Shown here: positions 39,801 to 51,200 of the stretch, in pieces
How positions within the stretch are numbered: position 1 is the stretch's first letter
How the letters are laid out: every line of letters begins with the position of its first letter
NCBI RefSeq assembly: GCF_021028975.2
Contig: NC_059428.1
Coordinates: forward strand, 26,412,001 to 26,476,000
Direction: 5' to 3'
DNA: 64,000 bases
From: Sphaerodactylus townsendi
Lineage: Eukaryota
Position numbers and translations under genes: made by a program
The notes under the pieces: generated by a model
The model's database searches: none
Told to the model about the DNA's origin: nothing
Seen by the model: only the letters and a program-made list of their open reading frames with translations

Positions 39801-41066
39801 CTGTGTTCAGTTCTGGGCACCACAATTGAAGAAGGGTATTGATAAGCTGGAACATGTCCAGAGGAGGGCAACCAATATGGTAAAAGGTCTGGAATCCATT
39901 TTCTATGAAGAGAGGTTTAGGGAGCTGGGGATGTTTCGTCTAGAGACGCCAAGGTTAAGGGGGGACATGACAGCTATGTTTAAATATTTGAAGGGATGCC
40001 ATGTCAAAGAGGGAGCAAGCTTGTTTTCTGCTGCCTCAGAGACTAGAACACGGAGTAATGGACTCAAGATGCAGGAAAAGAGATTCCACCTAAACATTAG
40101 GAAGAACTTTCTGACTGTCAGGGCAGTTCGACAGTGGAATTCATTGCCTCAGAGAGTGGTGGAGTCTCCTTCTTTGGAGATTTTTAAACAAAGGCTGGAT
40201 GAACAGATGTCGGGAGTGCTTTGAATGTGTGTTCCTGCATGGCAGGGGGTTGGTCTTGATGGCCCTTGTGGTCTCTTCCAACTCTATGTTTCTACAAAAA
40301 CAGAAAGGAGTGATAGTGACTTGTTTAAAGTTGCGTATTAAATTTATGGCAGCCACGAGATTTGAGCAGGGAACTTTACGTATTAGCCACTGGTTAAACA
40401 CCATCTCCCATCATGGCTGGCTGCATTTCCACAAGGGTGTGGTCAACGTCCAGCAGTTACTGCTGTCAGATAAGATATCACACTGTTGCACATTACTCAT
40501 GGGTATTGATTGTCCACACAAGAGATAACGTGGGAGTGTATGAAAGCAGAGGCGTCGGGAAAAACAGGGATGAAATTCAGCACCCAACCCTCTCACTCTC
40601 CTTCACGTTTCTTCCAAGAAGAAAAAGAGCAAAAATGACAATGCAGCCTGGGTGCCCAGCAGCTCTCCTCCCCAACACGCTCTGAGAGCCAGCGTGGTGA
40701 AGTGGTTAAGAGCGGCAGACTCTAATTTGGAGAACTGGGTTTGTTTCCCCACTCCTACACATGAAGCCTACAGGGTGACCTTGGGCTAGTCACAGTTCTT
40801 TGGAACTCTCTCAGCACCACCTAGCTCACAAGGTGTCTGCTGTGGGGAGAGGAAGGGAAGGAGTTTGTAAGCCACCTTGACTCTTACAGGAGAGAAAGGT
40901 GGGGTATAAATCCAAACTCTTCTTCCTGGAGGTCCCAAGAGGCAAGAAGACACGGACGGGAAGGAGCCCCAAGGGCCGTTTTCCCAGCAGTCCCCCTGAA
41001 AAAGACGGAAGGTTTCCCCGCCTGCTTACCTAGCACCAGGCGAGCCACGTCGGAGGGCAGCAACAT
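17094..41066 (-). CDS. NPAT: Protein NPAT (nuclear protein, coactivator of histone transcription); 18 coding exons, ~1425 aa
   Basis: complement join(41030..41066,35817..35935,35497..35557,34081..34153,32616..32656,31302..31532,30433..30514,29872..30016,29014..29105,28833..28920,27928..28024,26555..26683,23322..24944,20727..20842,20539..20641,20258..20312,17811..18921,17094..17168); phases continuous; N-terminal LisH (MLLPSDVARLVLGYLQQE), RRVLCFD, C-terminal MDVDKFLLSLHYDE*. Confidence 0.96.
17811..18921 (-). CDS. NPAT: NPAT exon 17 (RRVLCFD...SENSVSMAAHTLMILSRAA...KKKKVK)
   Basis: 390-aa ORF with conserved NPAT motifs and basic NLS; AG/GT. Confidence 0.96.
19552..19752 (-). mobile_element. 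CR1 3'-end fragment (second CR1 family)
   Basis: (CATAAGAA)2 terminal octamer repeat then GCCTG.TGGATCA...CATCTAGTCCAGC. Confidence 0.8.
20258..20312 (-). CDS. NPAT: NPAT exon 16 (KLKMDQNGSDPVNRRVQ)
   Basis: 55 nt; supplies the phase 1-2 bridge needed between exons 15 and 17. Confidence 0.78.
20539..20641 (-). CDS. NPAT: NPAT exon 15 (VLHMPVQTS...KLPLPPKSQK)
   Basis: AG/GT; phase 0-1. Confidence 0.9.
20727..20842 (-). CDS. NPAT: NPAT exon 14 (SAIIIASPVQPVLQGMVGMIPVS...)
   Basis: Conserved sequence; AG/GT. Confidence 0.95.
21441..21520. repeat. 17-bp tandem repeat TAGAGTACAACAGGAAC (about 4 units)
   Basis: Direct reading. Confidence 0.88.
21628..21894 (+). mobile_element. CORE SINE, long-head subfamily (5'-truncated)
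   Basis: Same body as other copies; CTT tail. Confidence 0.85.
22627..22774. mobile_element. Palindromic hAT MITE family A
   Basis: 148-bp palindrome; TSD ATCTAGAA/ATTTAGAA. Confidence 0.9.
23322..24944 (-). CDS. NPAT: NPAT exon 13 (large Ser/Thr-rich exon, 1623 nt)
   Basis: 536-aa ORF incl. conserved IVSLKIIISDDPF..ELSNAVSSITGENLPTIILSSP; AG/GT. Confidence 0.95.
26555..26683 (-). CDS. NPAT: NPAT exon 12 (KTKGSKN...)
   Basis: 129 nt; AG/GT; phase 1-1. Confidence 0.88.
27928..28024 (-). CDS. NPAT: NPAT exon 11 (GEIHMTEEAIQEILEQTESDPAFHGLFDMFDF)
   Basis: Conserved LFD-containing segment; CAGCAG acceptor. Confidence 0.95.
28833..28920 (-). CDS. NPAT: NPAT exon 10 (...ESSIDEFLALQ)
   Basis: AG/GT; phase fits. 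Confidence 0.92.
29014..29105 (-). CDS. NPAT: NPAT exon 9 (QMVIQNAREKILRNKCLQEKLAENINKFL)
   Basis: Highly conserved NPAT segment; AG/GT. Confidence 0.96.
29512..29770 (-). mobile_element. CORE SINE, long-head subfamily (young)
   Basis: (GAA)n tail on plus strand; ~95% similar to copy at 62268. Confidence 0.88.
29872..30016 (-). CDS. NPAT: NPAT exon 8 (DSQKKK...EGNFP)
   Basis: AG/GT; phase 2-0. Confidence 0.88.
30433..30514 (-). CDS. NPAT: NPAT exon 7 (...HSSTMSPGKRK)
   Basis: AAGCAG tandem acceptor (alternative start 30517); GT donor. Confidence 0.88.
30818..31110 (-). mobile_element. CORE SINE, long-head subfamily (near full length)
   Basis: Ends in CTCTTAACCACTACACCA (A box, reverse complement). 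Confidence 0.88.
31302..31532 (-). CDS. NPAT: NPAT exon 6 (RTRSAIADLKKQK...)
   Basis: Open 231-nt exon; AG/GT; phase 1-1. Confidence 0.9.
32177..32455 (-). mobile_element. CORE SINE, long-head subfamily
   Basis: Same family signature. Confidence 0.87.
32616..32656 (-). CDS. NPAT: NPAT exon 5 (SMQNSSAFSAHQR)
   Basis: 41-nt exon; AG/GT; phase fits. Confidence 0.92.
33706..33841. repeat. (TTA)n...(TAA)n microsatellite in an AT-only tract
   Basis: Direct reading. Confidence 0.9.
34081..34153 (-). CDS. NPAT: NPAT exon 4 (TAHDVPAMMSSLWKKLDYTLSQIR)
   Basis: Conserved sequence; AG/GT. Confidence 0.95.
34524..35023 (-). mobile_element. Tigger/pogo-type non-autonomous DNA transposon (500 bp)
   Basis: 23-bp TIR CAGTGGA(A/C)CCTCGGTTTTC(G/A)TTG, TA TSD, repeated GATGAAAACCGA subterminal motifs, transposase C-terminal remnant ...KRHKKQTSLDSFL. 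Confidence 0.88.
35497..35557 (-). CDS. NPAT: NPAT exon 3 (SLFGKNLTTILNEYIAMKTK)
   Basis: Conserved sequence; AG/GT. Confidence 0.96.
35817..35935 (-). CDS. NPAT: NPAT exon 2 (YLQQEKLLSTCRTFILES...)
   Basis: LisH domain continuation; AG/GT. Confidence 0.96.
37506..37751. mobile_element. Tc1/mariner (Tc2-like) MITE
   Basis: TA-flanked TIR CCCTGTTTTCCCCGAAAATAAG / CTTATTTTCGGTGAAACACTG; internal AAAATAAG repeats. Confidence 0.8.
38387..38600 (-). mobile_element. CORE SINE, short-head subfamily (truncated)
   Basis: Family body plus tail. Confidence 0.8.
39310..39379. repeat. 35-bp tandem duplication
   Basis: CATGTCCACATGCCTTTCACACGCACCTTT(G/A)GGCC x2. Confidence 0.88.
39690..40294 (+). mobile_element. 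CR1 LINE 3' fragment (ORF2 C-terminus still open, plus 3' UTR)
   Basis: ANGILGCI...LYSALVRPHLEYCVQFWAP...WNSLP typical of CR1 ORF2; ends in TTCCAACTCTATGTTTCTA. Confidence 0.93.
40684..40925 (+). mobile_element. CORE SINE, short-head subfamily (full length), ~100 bp from NPAT exon 1
   Basis: GAGAGCCAGCGTGGTG 5' end, A/B boxes, CTT tail. Confidence 0.88.
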
Positions 41067-41830
41067 GGCGAGCACCGGGGGTGTCCCCCCAGAGAAGCCG
41101 ACTCTCCCGCCTGTCCCAGCCTCCCGGTCGCAGAAACCCGCCTAAAGCTCCCGACAACTCCCACTCTCCGCCCCGCCCACCAACTTCCGGTATCAGAAGT
41201 CACAACAAACTTTTTTTTTTCCGCTTCCTGCGAGGACGGTGGTTCAGGCGGGAGGAGAGTGAGCACAGAGACAGAGGCGGGAGAAAAGTCTAGAGCGGTG
41301 TATAGCGTGAACTTCCGGTAAAACTGAAAGGGACTGTGGGCCGCTGAGTCGTGCCGCCTCTGGCCCTTGGTGTCTCTATGGTAAAAAAGCCTCTGCTTGG
41401 AGCCGATAGCGGGGAAGCCGGTTCGGTTTCAGACCGGAACTGTTTTTCTGCCCCGCCTCCCTTCTCTATCATTGAGGGAATTCTCGCCTCGGTTTGCTGT
41501 TCTTGGGAAAACGGTGAGGCGACGTGAGTGGGCGCGTGGCTGTGGTCAAGTGGGCGGGGGGAGGGGGAACCGCGCAGGTGCCTTTCGGGTCCGCCAGCCC
41601 TCCCTTGCGCGAGCCAGCGCTCCTCCGCCTAACGGTCTCCTCCTCCCCGCCTCGCTTGGCTGCTCCTCTCTCGTGCCTCTGCATGGACTGCCTCCTTTCC
41701 TTTGCATTTTGCATAATGCCGCCGTCTCTAGGCTGAGGTGGCATTTCGTGGCCCCTTGACTGGTATTTATTTTTCCTTCCTGTTCTCTTCCACGTGCGTG
41801 TATATGCGCGCCTGGGCAGATCCACCACGT
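40950..41830. promoter_or_regulatory. Bidirectional NPAT/ATM CpG-island promoter and ATM non-coding exon 1
   Basis: CpG-rich; identical ETS/GABPA-type AACTTCCGGTA at 41182-41192 and 41310-41320; GC boxes at 41171 and 41551; E2F-like GGCGGGA at 41247 and 41277; plus-strand donors at 41514 and 41524. Confidence 0.88.
41030..41066 (-). CDS. NPAT: NPAT exon 1 (MLLPSDVARLVL)
   Basis: GCCATG Kozak context; G|GTAAGC donor. Confidence 0.96.
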
Positions 41831-44809
41831 GCATCTGAGAAAGCAGGCTGTAATCCCCCAAACTTCATCGTGCAATAAAAACATGCAAGCATTTAAAATG
41901 TCGCACGACTCCCTTATCAGTTCTTTGCAGCAGCAGACTAATGCAGAGTCTGTCCTTCTGGAATGGTCGCGGTTCTCCTGTTTCCCTCCTTATATAATGT
42001 AGGATGCCAAGCTGCTTCTGGTCATAGCCTCTTCCCTGACAGGGTTGGGTTCCCGTCCCCCGCAGGACTAAACTACTAACATGCAGCATTGGTTAGGTGG
42101 AGGGGTTTGTCAGATTCAGCATTGTCAGATGCAGCATTGGTTTGGTGGAGGGGTCTCATTTTGTGTATATGTACAGCTAAATGGGATTGATACATCTCAG
42201 CTTCAAAACCGAAAGAACAAAAATGTACTGTGTCTGAAGCAAGTAAATCCAGGGGAAAATCCCCCCCAAAACACTACACTACATGGTTGTATGTACGTCA
42301 ACTCATGTGAATGTATTGTCAAACAAGTGTACACCTCTCCACAGATGCAAAAGAAAAACACAAAAACCTTTAACAGGAATTATGAATGCCAGCTGGGCTC
42401 ACTTAAATATGTGGCAACAGTAAATGTCCTGAAAGTCTACAATGAAGGTGGTTACATTCAGCAAATCTTTCATGCAAATACAGCAGTTGTCCCAGTGTAC
42501 TCCTGTATTGTGGAATTTAATCCACTTCTCTGCAGCGTACTTCTGTCTTGCCCCCAGTTTGTTTTGGGATCACTATCTTCCAGAATTTTTCCAAAGTCTG
42601 TGCTGTCACTACCAGATGTTGGGCTGTGAACCACAGAATGCTGAAATTGCATTACAGTTGAATTCCACAAAACAGACGTACACCTCCCCAGACAACCCTG
42701 TTCCCACCCACCCTTCCACCACCCAATCAGCCCTCTTTCCCCTGCTTCCACCAAACTTCCGCACTTACCAAACTCCTGGGACCAGACGATCATTGACCGG
42801 TAGGCAGGAAGCAGCTGGACCAGATTGGGAAAGGAGTGTGTAAGGCACCAGTAAAGCTCATTGTGGGGGGAAATGCTGACCCACCCTTTCCTAGAGCTCA
42901 TTACCCACCCACCCCACAATTGCCTTTGCGACTGGTTAATAAATAAAAGCTATTGATTATAATTAAAATATATTGATCTCTTGAGTGCCTTGCTGTTCAG
43001 TGACTAACAACTTGACAAGCAATATTTGCAATGAAAAATATTCTGTTGTAAAATAAGTAAGCTTTCATTGTACTGGTTGCTCTACTGTCCATTTCATTCT
43101 TGCAACCCTGAATCACTGCTTGATGTAACAGCAAACAAAATTAAATGCCAACCATGCACAACTCTTGACTTTTTTGTGTGTAGCTTTATTGTAGGGATTA
43201 TGTTTAAAAGAAAGTTACCTGAAATACTGGCACACAGTTTATCCAAAATATTGGGACTTTGAGCAGGACTGTGTCAACTATAGCCTAACATTGGAGCTGT
43301 TTTTGGAGCTCAGTTGTGAAATATTTAAAGAAACAAATACCATGGAACATGTGAAAAGCGCATTTTCCCCTTTCACTAACTAAGTTCACATCACACATTT
43401 GACTTGGCTCCCACGGCTTAGTCTGGTTGAAGATATTATCCACTATGTTTTATATTGCTCTTTCTATCTACCCATCCACCATAAATTGCTGAATCAATTA
43501 CTGGCAATTTTTTCTGGCTCTGATGAGGAATGCGTTAGCTTTTTATTGGCTGATGCCTCCTGCTGGTAACTTTTAAAGTGACTACCGTACTTTCTACTTC
43601 TTAGCAATTAATATAAGGAAGAAATCAGTACCTATTAAGTATGTAAGAATTCTAGCCCAATTGTTATGTGTTAGTATTTCTGGATCGCTGATTTATTTTA
43701 TTTGTTTTATTTGCTTTGTTACATATTTGTAATATGTTCATAATAACTGCTTGTAATATGCATTGTGTAATATATTTGTTTAATGACGTTATGGCCTATG
43801 GCTACAACAGTAAGTCAATGACTGACTGAGAGCCCCATCCAAAGGGGTGGGGTGAAAAGTGCTTGAGGGAGTGGTGTGCCCTTGCGCTGACACATTTGAT
43901 GCTAGCATGGGAGGGGTGAGCCGGGGCATTCCTGGAGTGTAGCTCCCTCACAGGATTGAGGGCCAGTAGCATGGTGCACTGGCTTTTGGGCGTATGCCTG
44001 CTTTTGGGCCACTTCCAATTTCCAAAACAAATTTTTGTACTTAAAAACACGTTTTTCTAGTCAATTTTACTTTTAATTAAACACAATTAAGCACAACTTT
44101 TTCAGATCAATAATTAACAAATGTACAAATGAATGAATACTGTATGCGTGAGTGCTTTTAAACATAAAAGCACTTGCATATACATACTTCCTGAAACACG
44201 TAAAAATAGTCAGGTCTGACAGCTGAATCAGCACTCAGTTTGCAGGCTTTGAAATTTTAGTTGTAAGGCTTGGTCCCTCTTTTTTAAAACAAAGAAACAA
44301 TAAAGCTTTAAGGCCAGAAATGCTGAATTGGAAAACCAACAATTGGAAACCAACAAAATACCAACACAGAAACATTGATCAAAAACTAAATTATGTCTGT
44401 CTTACAGTTTAAGATTAGGGTTTTTGTTGGAGACCTGGGCCTATGGATTGTTTCACTAATTATCTGTGACAACTCAATGGAACATCTTTGTACAGAAATA
44501 GCAGCTTGAATTCAGCAACCTGTGCACAGAACACGGAATTTCCCAGCATTCATCTTGGTTCCTGCAGCCCCTTCTGACCCTGAACGGAGGATCATTCCTG
44601 TGGTCATGAGACCCGTGCATTAAAATAGCCAGATGACTGAGGAAGGCTGGAAGGAAGAGGGAAAAATGAAGAAATTGTTCCTCCTCAATTTTCTGCAGCG
44701 GTAAAGGGCAATATTGCATATGCCCTTTCACACCTAATTCCCATCACACACAGCTGTTCCTCAAAATGGGTCTATTTTGGGATTGGTAAGGACTGCAGGA
44801 ACTGACAAG

Positions 44810-44975
44810 AATGCAAAAAACCTGGTGTGTAACAGACTTCTCTCTGTGATACACCTCTGAAGATTCCAGCCACAGATGCAGGCGAAACATTAGGAACAAG
44901 ATCCACCAGCCACACAGCCCGGAAAAACCATCGCAACCCATTTAATCTGGCCGTGAAAGCCTTCAACAATACATT
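44810..44975 (+). mobile_element. Penelope-like terminal-repeat fragment (same family as 9481)
   Basis: CTCTGAAGATTCCAGCCACAGATGCAGGCGAAAC ... GGCCGTGAAAGCCTTCAACAATACATT. Confidence 0.78.
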
Positions 44976-45206
44976 GAACCTCAGTGTGCCTTCTGTGTAC
45001 CACTGAATGCCACGTAAGGGGTGGTGTTGATAAACAACAGGATCAAATTGCTTTGTGGGTATCTGGAAGCAATTGCTTGACCCCTATTGAGAATGCTGAG
45101 TTAGATTGACCTTGGTCTGGTCTGACCAGGCAGTTGTGTTCTGACTTGAAACGTGATTGTATTTCTGTTCACAGGTCCACACTGCATATGCATCCACAAC
45201 TGAGCC

Positions 45207-45278
45207 ATGAGCCTGGCACTCCATGACTTGCTCAATTGCTGCTGTCAGCTTGACAATGACAAAGCTACTGAGCGGAAG
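45207..45278 (+). CDS. ATM: ATM exon 2 coding part ([24 protein letters not shown]); exon starts 45175
   Basis: GCCATGA start; AAG|GTAAAT donor. Confidence 0.95.
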
Positions 45279-48200
45279 GTAAATTAACACAGGCCCCTTT
45301 TTCATGCACAATGGTGAAAGAATACTAACACTCTCTCCCCCTCTCCCTTTGCTGTGTTTTTAGAAAGAGATTGAAAAATTCAAGCGGCTCATCTGTGATC
45401 CTGAAATAGTTCGGCAGCTAGACAGTAATTCTGATTCCCGAGATGCAAAACAGATCAACTGGGATGCTACATTTAGGTAGAGTATTTATCCTGTTAGGTG
45501 ACGAGAAGCCAAAATAAATGTTATTTTAGAATTGCTGTTCAGCTGAAAGGTTATTCCAAACCAGAAGATTCATTAGAGGATCTATGGGGATTTGTACACA
45601 GACAGGGTACATGTACATATGCACATTCTACAGAGCGCATGGATGAAGGAAACTTCACCTTCTCTCTTTCTACATTACCAGCCCAGTTGTATTTTTAGGT
45701 GAAAGAAAAGTTCAGCATCATGCAGTAAGAAAGCAGTTCAGCATCATGCAGTAAGCTTGGCGAAGGCATCAGAGCTACTTTGCCTCACCTTTATTTTTAA
45801 AATACACAGGGGGAGAGAGAGACCTTCCCTTTCTCTTCTTCAAATGTAAACATTTGCAAAGATATTATGGATGGATCCCCCATCCCAATTGTTCTCTGTG
45901 AGAAAAAGAATTTGAAAATGTAATGTCTGTTTAGCTGGAATAATCCTTAGCATTTATGTAAAGTTTCGGAATGTTCAGAGTTTTTAATGTACGTTGGTAA
46001 TCTGTACACAAACTCTGTGAGGAGATCATCCCCACACCAAATATTGTAGATGGGAGGCAGACAGTGAGCATTTGCAGCTTGCCTAAGTTCCTGGTAATAG
46101 TTCACATTGTTTTTGTGACAGTGATGAGGTTTGGGCCAGAAGCTTTCCACTTCACAGTGTTACAGCAGGGTAACGGGTTCAAAATATTTAAGCCAAGATT
46201 TTCAGCACGTTCTGCGCCTACAATAGCTCCTTTTCTAAGCTGCTGGCTCTTTGGAGCGGTGATGCCAGACAGGAAGCATTCCAAAGCAAAGTAAGAATGA
46301 CTCATTATTGCAGCCTTGCAAATAGATATCCAGAGAGGCCTGGCCTGTTCTGCTGACTATTTCTCTCTTCTGACTGTTGCTTCTCCCCTCACTGAATGAT
46401 CCCAGCAATCCTAGAGCTGCCCTTTTCTTTTCCAGCTTGAGAAATGTAGTTCAGTGCTTTTCTTGGCTCACTCTGCTATTTGCCCAGAGTCAATTTCTGC
46501 CTGGCATTCCTAAAAGGCAAAGGATATGGCTGTTTTTATTTTTATGTGACTGTGGAGGAGCAGGAGGGTCACAGTATCCTTTGTGAGATCTTGGTGATCT
46601 GAACGATGACCGTTCTTGTCAATTTATTAACTTGTGTTCTTATGGAGGATGTTTGCATTTTTGTTTTTGAAGGTTCCTGCAGAAATACATCCAGAAAGAA
46701 ACAGAGAGTGTCAGATCAGCGAAGCCCAATGTCTCTGCCTCTACACAAGCAGCAAGGCAGAAAAAGATGCAAGAGCTCAGCAGTCTGGTGAAGTATTTCA
46801 TCAGATGTGCCAACAAAAGTTAGTGGTGTTCATGTAAACATCATTAGGAATGTTGAGTGAACTTTTTAATTAATTTTAATTAATTAATTTTAATTAATCA
46901 GTTTTCTAATTGATTTTCTGAGAGCTTCCGGCTCTTGACAAGAGTTGAGCAACATCTGCCCCATCTATAAAAAGTCTGCGTGTGATCCTAGACTCAGGTC
47001 ACATTTATAGCCAAACTGGCGTTTTTTTTTCACTTTGCCAGGTTAGGCAGCTGGTTCCCTGCCGGTCTCACTCTGACCTTGCCATAGTGATCTATGCAAG
47101 GTCACCTCCAGATTACACTACTGTAACTCGCTGTAGGGAGGACGACCCTTAAGACTGCTGCAAAATCTCCAGCTGGTTCATAATACAGCTGCATGAGTCC
47201 TAGGCCCCTTCCACACATGTAGAATAATGCCCTTTCAATCCACTTTCAGTGTACTTTGCAGCTGGATTTTACTGAGCTGAATAGCAAAACCCACTTGCAA
47301 ACCACCTCGCGCAGTATACTCCCCAAGAGAGTGCTTTGCTTTGCTAATAACAACTTCGTAGAGATCCCTGGCCTGAAAACTGTCCGGCTATCCTTGACCA
47401 GGGCCAGAGCCTTTTTGGCTCTGGCCCCAGCCTGGTGAAACATTCTGTCTGATGAGACCACGGCCCTGTGGGATTTGTCACAGTTCCACAGGGCCAGGAA
47501 GATGCCCTGCCGGGCAAAAGGTTGAGGGCAGCAACTGCATTCCATTTTAACTAACTTCATGTTACTTATTGATGTTAGTTATTGGTGGAATGCTCTGCCT
47601 GGTGAAATCCGAGCCCTGTGGATTCTGTTTCCGTTCCGCAGGGCCTGCAAAACAGAGCTGTTCCACCGAGCCTCTTCTGTCGAGCCAGCCGGACATCCCC
47701 TCCCCTGCTAAAATCGTCTCTGGTCCTCAATGGGCTACGATGTTTGCACTTGTTCCTTAATGCTCCCATGTTGGACTATTATGCCATCTATTGTATCTGT
47801 TTTATTTAGATTTTATGATGTTTTAATGTCTCTGTTTATTGTATTACTGCATTTATTGTGTATTTTTAATTGTAAGCTGCCTTGAGTCGCTAGAGATAAG
47901 GCGGGAAACAAACAAACAAATACATAAAATACACCCTCATTGGTATTTATGGGAAAGATGCCATTTTTATGAGAATCAGTTTTTTGTCTAATATCATTGA
48001 ATATTGTATTGTTGGTTTTAACTGTATAATCTATCTTGTTCACCGCTCTGAGCCAGTTTTTCGGGGAGAGTGGTTTAGAAATAACATTAATCCAATAACG
48101 GTATGTGTCCTGCCACTTCCATTTAGCAAAGTTAAGAGCTTTTCTCATGTTTATGTTCTGCTTTTGCACAGGAGCACCCAGGTTAAAATGTCAAGAGCTT

Positions 48201-51200
48201 CTGATTTACGTGATGAGCACAGTGAGCAATCCATCAAGTTGTGCCGTTTATGGAACTGATTGTAGCAGCATATTGCTAAAGGATATTCTTGCCGTGAGGA
48301 AATACTGGTGTGAGATCTCTTCACAGCAGTGGTCAGGTTAGTAGGCATATCCTTCATCATTAAGACTGCTGTGGTGTATACATCTCCAGGGAGAATTAAC
48401 CCCAAGAGTACATTTCAGAATAAAGATACGCAGGGACAGGCTTTATAAATGCCTAACTTATTTCCGTGAATAGATAATACATTGTGATGTCTGACTCATT
48501 TATCAATAATACAAGACCTTCTTGATTTGTTCTTGTGTCATGGAACGTCATTGAATATCAAAGCTGTTCAGATTTTCTGACAGTTTTATCACTTTGCAAA
48601 CAGGAGCTGGTTTTGAAAAACTTTTAGAAATAAGGAGAAATAATGAGAATGGTTTAGTCATGTTGTCTGAGCATGAGCATCAAATAATTTGAACTTGATA
48701 TGGCTCTAGATCTTCAAAACCTGTACTGCAAATTGTTTCTCAAGTCATCCAGAGAGATTAACAAAGTTTTGGTGGCGAGAATAATTTACACACTGACTAG
48801 AGGACTCTGCTTCCAAGCTGATGAGTTAACTCCTAATCTTTTTAACTTCTTTTCCGAAGCTCTGCAAGCTGCGAGGTAAGTTTAATCTTGCTTTATCTCT
48901 TGACTCTGAACTTAAGAGACATGGTTAGTTTTTTAAGCTCAGTTAGTCTCCCTGTCAATTGCCTGTGTGTTATCCAGACACGCTGAAATATTTTAAATAT
49001 ATTCTGCATGTTGATCAGTAGCGCTAAGATATTTGAATTGTTTATGTATCAAAACTTTTTAAGAATAAAAATAGGTATGTCAGAACCAATATCCTGTTTC
49101 CTTCTTTTCCTGATAAAAAGTTGATTGTGGCTGGTTTTTTGTTATTCTCATTCTGAACATTTGAATCTCGTATCATTTATCATTTCTGTCTTCGATTGTT
49201 GTTTTTTCAGTTGTACTGTTAGTTTTGTAACTTCTGTACTGAACAGGTGATATCATCTTTACGCCCATGTAATCCTTTCCAGATTGTTGAATAACATAGA
49301 CTTCTTACTTGATCTACTTTCCTGAAGTTGTGTCCTGCACATGGCAGCACTTTTCCCTTGCACAATAGGCTCTTTTGCCAATGAGAGGCTCTTTGTGTTT
49401 GAGCAAAGGAGGACTGTTAGGGGAACTCTGCAAATTCCAACTCCTGATCTCTGAGTAGTGGTAGTTGTAGTAACTACAGTATAACTGAATAAGAACATCA
49501 GTTGTTTTACATATATGTAGTGATAATTTCTAAAGGATTCAGCTCCCAACATCTTGACCTACCATGTTTCTCCGAAAATAAGACAGTGTCTTATATTAAT
49601 TTTTGCCCCCAATGATGCACTATGCTTTATTTTCAGGGGATGTCTTATTTTTCCGCTCCACAGCTGCATGCTCTGGTGTTCTGTTCCACGGGCATGCTTC
49701 CAAACAAAAACTTTGCTACATCTTACCTTCGGGGGATGTTTAGCCCTTCAGCAAAACCTCTACTATGTCTTATTCTCAGGGGATGTCTTATTTTCAGAGA
49801 AACAGTGTAGTTGATCGCAGAGCTTTATTTAAGCTGGGTGGTTAAGAGTTTGATACAAACTATTTATTTTGCAGACGAGAAAGAAACCCTGCAGGCCTGG
49901 AACACATTTTTGAAGCAATGAACATATTTTTGAGTATCTGTGCAATAAACTACCGAATGCGGGTTTGTAAACTAGGGGAGCAAATTCTTCCAACAGTTCT
50001 TTATATATGGGCACAGCATAAACCAAACGATTCTTTGAAAGAGCAGATCGTTCAGCTAGTTCAACTGCAGGTTCATGTACATCATCCAAATGGAGCTAAA
50101 ACTCAGGAAAAAGGTAGGTCTTTTGTGCTCATATGTGACAGAGAGTCTGTGTACAGATGTCTGTCTCCTTGGTAATCTGACTTTGGGTTGCTTAAGATGA
50201 AGGTGTTGGAAGTTTTTAGGGCTTCCTAGGTTTCTTTATATGATTGCTATAGCATAATTTTCCTACTTATTATCAGAATGTTTCAATCTTTTCTTTATAT
50301 AATAATCAAATAATTAGTTTAGACATATGGGAGACCCCCAGGACTTCCCATATCCATCCACTTGTGCCATCCACTTGCTGGTTAGCTCACCTGCCTGAAG
50401 CACTGCCACCTCAACCTGCCTGGCTTATACAGAGGCTCCTTCCGCCCACAACCCTACGTGTAGGTAGCTCCTGATATTCTCAGCTGGTAAAGGTGAGGAG
50501 GCTCCCACACTTACCCCTCCCCCCAGCACCACCTTCCTGGATCATGTGGTGGCTTCCTTAAAAAGGGCAGGTGACGCCTCTCAACATAGCATCACAAGAT
50601 CTTGGTATTTCCACTTGTAATTTTGTTTTTGGATTTTTGTGCAAATCTTAGAACTGACTTAAGTTTGTACAAACATCCCCCTACCCTGTGCCTGATCCCA
50701 GTGTGCAGATTTAACAATCCACACACTTTGGTCCCTGTTCAGAATTAGAAACATGGGAAACATATATCAATAATTGCTGGTAAACCTCTGCAATCTTGAG
50801 AAGTCACTTGTTGTGTAGATGGTATGTAAGACTGGATGAGAATTAAATTGTTTTATTGTTGTGTAAACAGGAGCATACGACTCAGCAAAATGGCAAAGTA
50901 TTTTGTACAACCTGTACGATCTGTTAACGAATGAGATAAGTCTCATAGGCAGCAGAGGAAGGTATTCTTCAGGCTCTCGCAATATCGCTTTGAAGGAAAA
51001 CCTGGTTGATTTAATGGCTGATATTTGTCATCAGGTAAACTTGTTACCTCTTTTGTATATTGTTCATGTATAGGACAAGATTCTTTTCTTATGGATGTGG
51101 CAGAGTGATGCCCACAGGGTGTAACAACTGTGTGCAGGCTCAAGTACCCTCTCGAGGCTTTTCTAGAACTGAGAAGTGTGTGTTTATTTCCAGTGTTCCC

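Noticed and set aside
39460-40224. 254-aa ORF as a novel gene
   Set aside because: It is the CR1 ORF2 C-terminus with a fortuitous upstream extension.
42600-43009. Possible solo LTR (AATAAA upstream of ...TAACA)
   Set aside because: Could not define a 5' TG boundary or a TSD.
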